Positions 59,154 to 64,000 of a stretch of DNA of 64,000 nucleotides are shown one piece after another. The notes beneath the pieces were generated by a model. It was given only the letters and a program-made list of their open reading frames with translations, was not told where the DNA came from and searched no databases. Positions within the stretch are counted from its first letter, which is position 1. The number at the start of each line of letters is the position of its first letter. The stretch is from positions 396,304,001 through 396,368,000 of the forward strand of contig NW_027362761.1 of assembly GCF_046119375.1 (NCBI RefSeq), written 5' to 3'. The DNA comes from Phyllobates terribilis (Eukaryota). The translations under genes were made by a program, and so were the position numbers.

Positions 59154-60329
59154 TTAACCCAAACGATTGTGATTGTGACCATTGGCATAATGTCCTTCCT
59201 CACCACATCTTAGACAGTGGACACACACTGTACTCTGATTTGATGAATGGCACGCTTCACAAGCCGGGTATCTTCTGTTGTGGAACCCACTCCTTGGTCT
59301 GAGGGATACAGGTTCTAGTCTGGAGCGAATCAACTTTTTCTCCTCAATCAACTCGGCTTGCAGTTCTCCTATTACTTCCTCCGAGTCAGCGCTGGCTGTC
59401 CTCTCTTTTGTTGATGATTTAAGGTTCCCTCTCAAAGGTGGCACTGGATGGTCTCCATGATGATCTTTGGACTGGCCACTGGGGGTCTCCAACTTCATTT
59501 TGGTGATTTTAGGAGCAGAGCCTTTATTTAACTTCTGTTCATTCTCTGACTCCAAACTAGCTGCCTCATTATTTTTTTCAGTTAGGACTTCATCCAGAAT
59601 GCCAGGATCTTCTAGGTACTGTTTCAGCTGCAACTTGATGTCTTTTCTGATTAACCTCATTCCCAATGATCTCAAGAACTTCTTCTGGACTAGTCCAGCA
59701 TCAAACTTCTCCGATTCTATATCTCTGGATGCAAACAACAGTCTATCCTTCAGTTCAATTGCTCTGAGTAAGAAACTTTGGGGTGATTCATTATTTTTCT
59801 GTGAGAGGTTAATGAGTCGGTGGAATAATTCTGAAGTACTCTCTTCTATATAGTGCCCTTTTAAAATCATTTTCAGCTGTTGTAAGGTCAATTGACTCTT
59901 CATTTCTAGCATACTATGGAGGTTCAGTCCTGGGATGATCGCTTTCACCACCCCCTCGACAATTTCATCTGGCTGGTAGCCTTTCTGTAAGCCTGCATCA
60001 ATCTGTCCCAGGATCTTGGATTCTTTCCTTATGGTGATTTGTGGTGTTAGAAAGGACTCTCTTCCTGATTTATCTAACTCAAGCAGGGTAAAGGTTCTGT
60101 CTGAGTCTCTCACCCGTTCAGAGGTTTTGGTCGATTCCTGCAGGGCTGTTGTTAGGGCTTTGAATTGTTCTTTCAATTCCTGTAGTTCTGTCTGTGGACG
60201 GAGATTCCCGCTTTTGGTAATTGGTGCTGCTCCTCCATCCTCCAACTTCAACCTGGTTAGAAACTGTGTTAGCTTCTGGAGGAACGTCCCCATGACGTCT
60301 TTAGCTTCTTTCTCCCCCAGCTCATCCAT
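59154..60329 (-). CDS. Open 391-aa Gag-like ORF (PNMA-like capsid region, C-terminal Cys/His knuckles)
   Basis: KGY..EIVEGVVKAIIPGL..MLE..LTL..LKGHY.E..ELF..L...Q...ESPQSFLLRA; CEAC..CVHCLRCGEEGH. Confidence 0.75.
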   Translation of the reverse strand: MDELGEKEAKDVMGTFLQKLTQFLTRLKLEDGGAAPITKSGNLRPQTELQELKEQFKALTTALQESTKTSERVRDSDRTFTLLELDKSGRESFLTPQITIRKESKILGQIDAGLQKGYQPDEIVEGVVKAIIPGLNLHSMLEMKSQLTLQQLKMILKGHYIEESTSELFHRLINLSQKNNESPQSFLLRAIELKDRLLFASRDIESEKFDAGLVQKKFLRSLGMRLIRKDIKLQLKQYLEDPGILDEVLTEKNNEAASLESENEQKLNKGSAPKITKMKLETPSGQSKDHHGDHPVPPLRGNLKSSTKERTASADSEEVIGELQAELIEEKKLIRSRLEPVSLRPRSGFHNRRYPACEACHSSNQSTVCVHCLRCGEEGHYANGHNHNRLG

Positions 60330-60602
60330 TTTTGCAATAATGGCAGTTGTGTGCTTTAGAAATCTGTTCTTCTCACATCTTTATATGTTCTGCTACTGTT
60401 CTCAATTCTTCACAGGTTAACTGAAGAAGTAGCTCACTAATCTTGTCCATTTGTATTTCCACATCCATTGCTGCTAGTGAGTTTTCTTTAGGGCTGGTCC
60501 CCTTTAACTGGTGTAGCAGAGTTGAATTGAGGTGCTCTGCTGCTGTGCTTTTCCAGACACTTTTCCTCTTCTCCCTCTACACTCTAATTCCCGCTCATGA
60601 TT

Positions 60603-60619
60603 CCCCATACGGGCCACCA
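60603..60619 (-). promoter_or_regulatory. Primer-binding site complementary to the tRNA-Ile(AAU) 3' end
   Basis: + strand CCCCATACGGGCCACCA versus vertebrate tRNA-Ile end CCCCGTACGGGCCACCA (recalled; 1 mismatch); 1 nt from the LTR. Confidence 0.8.
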
Positions 60620-62276
60620 ATGTTACACGCACGCCGCTAGGTTCAGAGAGGACGAGAAGGGTTTCATGAATTCTTTGGAATCCTGGGGGAACTGTTACTC
60701 AGGGCGACCATAGGCTGCAGCTTGTCTCAGGCACACGATAGATTCAATTGCTGACCAGACACATCTGACAAGAGTCTTTTTCAACAGTTTAACAGTGGAG
60801 TTTAATCTGAAGCACTGTCAGTGCAATTCAGGGATATTACAGCAGCAATCTTCATTACAGTACAGTCTGAGTTTCTTGAGCAACCAGCTCCAGTAACAAT
60901 ACAGTAGTTTCTTCACAAGGCACAGTATTACAGTCCCTTCAGTATCATAATTCAGCATAGATTAGATCTCTTAGCAGCACACTTGTATGCATACAAAACC
61001 ACAGGCTTTTCCTTCACAAGGACACAATAGTACACAGCATTCTTTATCCTGCAAGGATATGGGGGGGGGGGGTTGACGAGGGAGATGATCCCTGTGATTC
61101 AATTCCTTCCAGTCCTTATTTTCCTGCCCGATAACACTCTGCACTGTTAGTTCAGGGAGTTTATCTGACCTGTGTTTAGTTTCTCTCCTGATTTGAATCC
61201 TGTTCAGTTGCTTTCTGTCCGATCCAGATAGCACACCACCTTTCTCTTCGGCTTCAGCCAGACTACAATAACAAGTTCCCCACAATCCCCCTGGGGCTCT
61301 GCAAAAACTCTCCCTGTCTTCTATGACTGTGTTAACCCCTCTAGTTGCTGGATACTTCTGAAGCACAACACTTCCTGTCTCCTGTGTTATTTGTAACAGT
61401 TGCTGGATGCTTTGGAAGCAACAGCACGACTTCTGCATGTCACACTGGGGTGTACAGCTTCTCATTTAGACTAGTAAAATAAGTATGCAAAGTTAAAATT
61501 AGCTTTTAAGGATTTAACAGAAATGCAAATATTGCATATGCTTCTCTGTCTCACAAGCCAGGGCGCACGTTCTCTCAGAATAACAAGCTTTTGCTTCAGA
61601 ATTTTATCTTCAGTAGAAAAATTAGGACTGAGTGTACTTAAGCTGCCTTTATTGTGTATAATGTTTTAAGATTGAACAAATTGACAAATTTCTTCTTGTT
61701 AAGGTGCCGTATTGCAATATGGCATGGATCTGTCAATTCACAGTCCAGTCACACAGACTCTGTAGGTCACAGACTGAGATTATGACTCCAATTTCCTATG
61801 TTTACGACACTTTGGTTTAGGCCTTCATATCCCTATCTGTAATCATGAACGGAGCACGCTGAACCTCCTATACTTAGGCAGTAAACCCTAAAATGGTAAC
61901 TGCTTTCCTTGCCCTCATCATTTATACTGCCTGTGAGTCCCCTGATTGAATGCTTTACATCATGTGATGTGATAGCTGCAAGTTATGTAAAAGCCAGCGC
62001 AGCCATGCCTGACGTAATTTGAGCAGGCTCTATGGTTAATACCATCTTCAGCAATGTGTGAAATTGTGCTTTTGTTTACAATTCGGACAAATTTAATCAC
62101 AAACTGTTGTTATTTGCTGGGACTTCCAAATTTCATGTCATCTCAAGTAACAAATTATTTTTCTCCCTCCATAGAAGTAAAATATCTATTTGATCAATTT
62201 GAGCAGAAACATTATTAATAATTTTGTTTACAACCACTTTTCAAAAGAACTTGTTACTATGCATTTTTTTCTCAAA

Positions 62277-62491
62277 GGCCACGGTCCTACTAGCAGTATT
62301 TGGTCAGTATTTGGTCAGTTTTTTTTCTCAGGAGTGGGATCCAAAACCAGGCGAGGAACAATCAGAGAAAAGGTATAATAGAAACAAGTGCACCATTTCT
62401 GCATTTATCACACACTCCTGGTTTTGGCTCCCACTCCTAAGAAAAAATACTGACCGAATACTGACCAAATACTGATAGTGGGGCCGTGGCC
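62277..62491. mobile_element. Harbinger-type MITE (same family as 10215-10429, opposite orientation)
   Basis: GGCCACGG ... CCGTGGCC|TAA; interior is the reverse complement of the first copy. Confidence 0.9.
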
Positions 62492-62494
62492 TAA

Positions 62495-63355
62495 GGCTGT
62501 GTGCCCATGATGCATTTTTTAAGCGTTTCCGCAGCGGCAAAAACACTGCAGAAACGATTAAAAAACTCATGGTAGAAGGCCTGCCATGTTCCCCAATGAT
62601 AATCCGCATGTGCTGTGCACATGCTGCGGAAATTTCTGCTGCGTATTATCATTGCGGAAGAAAACGCAGTGCTACCAATTATTTTGTGGAAGTGCTGCGT
62701 TTTCGCCGCCATCGACTTGCATTAGAACGTGTGCATTCCGCCTCACTAGATAAGGACTTGCGGAATGCACGCGTTCTAATGTGCGGATGGTACCCAGGTC
62801 TAGAGGAGAGGAGACTCTCCTCCGGATCTGGGTACCATAGAAAACTGTGAAAAAAAAATAAAGATTATATTTACCTTCTGGCGACCCCCGGTCTCCTTGT
62901 CTTCACTTGCTGGCAGCTAGCGATGGACTGAAGGACCTGCGCTGACGTCATAGTCATGTGACGGGTCACGCGACGCTGACGTCGGCAGGTCCTTCAGTGT
63001 ACCGCTGCCGGCAAGGGAGAACGGAGGGAATCAAGACACCGGGGGCCATCAGAGGGTAAGTATATATTTATTTTTTTATTTTTTACCATTCTTTCGGTCA
63101 CAGTATGTAAATCCATGCCGTTTGCATGGACTATTATAGTGTGACCAAGTTGACAAGCACTTTCCAAGTGATGCTAAAATCGCTTGGAAAGCGCTTGTCA
63201 ACCATCATGCGGAAATGAAAGTGAAGAACGCTTCACATCTGCATGTCCCTGGCAGGAAAACGCATGTTCAATCTGCATGCATTTTTTTCTGCCAGGGAGA
63301 TGCAGAAACGCTCAGGAAAAAATCCTGAGCATTTCTGCATCGTGGGCACATATCC
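62495..63355. mobile_element. Harbinger-type foldback MITE
   Basis: TAA|GGCTGTGTGCCCATGATGC ... GCATCGTGGGCACATATCC|TTA. Confidence 0.75.
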
Positions 63356-63358
63356 TTA

Positions 63359-63610
63359 GGCTGGGTTCAAATATAACAGATGGTGTGACTTTGTTTCCAA
63401 CTGGCGTTTAACAAAATTGCTGAAAGGATACAGACGAAGGGAACTGATACTGTTGTTTGCAAAAGGATCATTCCCACCCACCTTATTTTAGTAATAAATG
63501 GTGAAAAAGCCTGATGGCAACTGATCCATTAATTTTTGACATCAGTTATGATCCATTGAGATGCATCAGGCTCCAAAAGCCCGATGCAATGGACATATGT
63601 GAACCCAGCC
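63359..63610. mobile_element. Harbinger-type MITE
   Basis: TTA|GGCTGGGTTCA ... TGAACCCAGCC|TTA. Confidence 0.8.
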
Positions 63611-64000
63611 TTATTCCTTTTTATTTTTTATGTAAAAATATCCTGACCTGCTTTTTTGTGGCCCGTCAAAGTTTCAAAATCTGTCTTGAATATATTACAG
63701 TCACTAGATCTGTATAAGCAGCTGTTAATCTATTCAGCATGTTTTCTAATGCAATTGTAGTCAATACAGTCAGAAAAAAGTGTAGCAGATGAATAAAGTT
63801 TAATTTCAAAGTTTATTGGGAATGTTTGGAGGGAGTTACTCTTGTTATTTTAAATCCTATAAATATACTACATGCTGTTCTCCAAGGTGACAAGTCCTCT
63901 ACAAACTTTGTGTCACTGAGACTATAAATACATATAAGACTAAGAGTTTGGGAGTTAATACTATTTTTCTCTTAGAATACTGTTGTTCTAATGCAGCTGT

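Larger units (their letters stand above)
58030..61444 (-). mobile_element. gag-only (pol-deleted) Gypsy-type LTR element
   Basis: LTRs 58030-58718 and 60621-61444; TSD CTGG on both sides; PPT 58719-58735 on -; PBS at 60603-60619. Confidence 0.92.

Noticed and set aside
57910-61480. Reconstructed - strand exon split by the LTR element (..LLYFAYG, GGCT-like motif)
   Set aside because: All frames from the acceptor hit stops, and no supporting exons were found.

Overview
TE-saturated vertebrate DNA, most consistent with a frog (inferred from the repeat landscape). No host gene, RNA gene or CRISPR array can be supported. The main feature is a 14,276-bp hAT DNA transposon (30045-44320) with an uninterrupted 1130-aa BED-finger/DDE transposase ORF, 11-bp TIRs and a perfect 8-bp TSD. 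About two thirds of its length is internal tandem arrays, including a 203-bp satellite with a duplicated 7-mer higher-order repeat and a CTCF-like motif in each monomer. Next to it, each with its own TSD, are a 5.3-kb non-autonomous hAT-type element that is a nested palindrome (44882-50204), a solo LTR (50415-51303), a decayed sushi/Tf1-type chromovirus with a self-priming signature (51617-57730) and a gag-only LTR element with a tRNA-Ile PBS and an open PNMA-like gag (58030-61444). These five insertions total about 30 kb and sit in about 1.4 kb of original target. The left 30 kb holds older hAT remnants, an L2 LINE split by a Tc1, further Tc1 copies, and Harbinger, pogo-like and piggyBac-like non-autonomous elements. 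Coordinates, TSDs and motifs were read by eye; family names rest on recognised motifs, not database searches.
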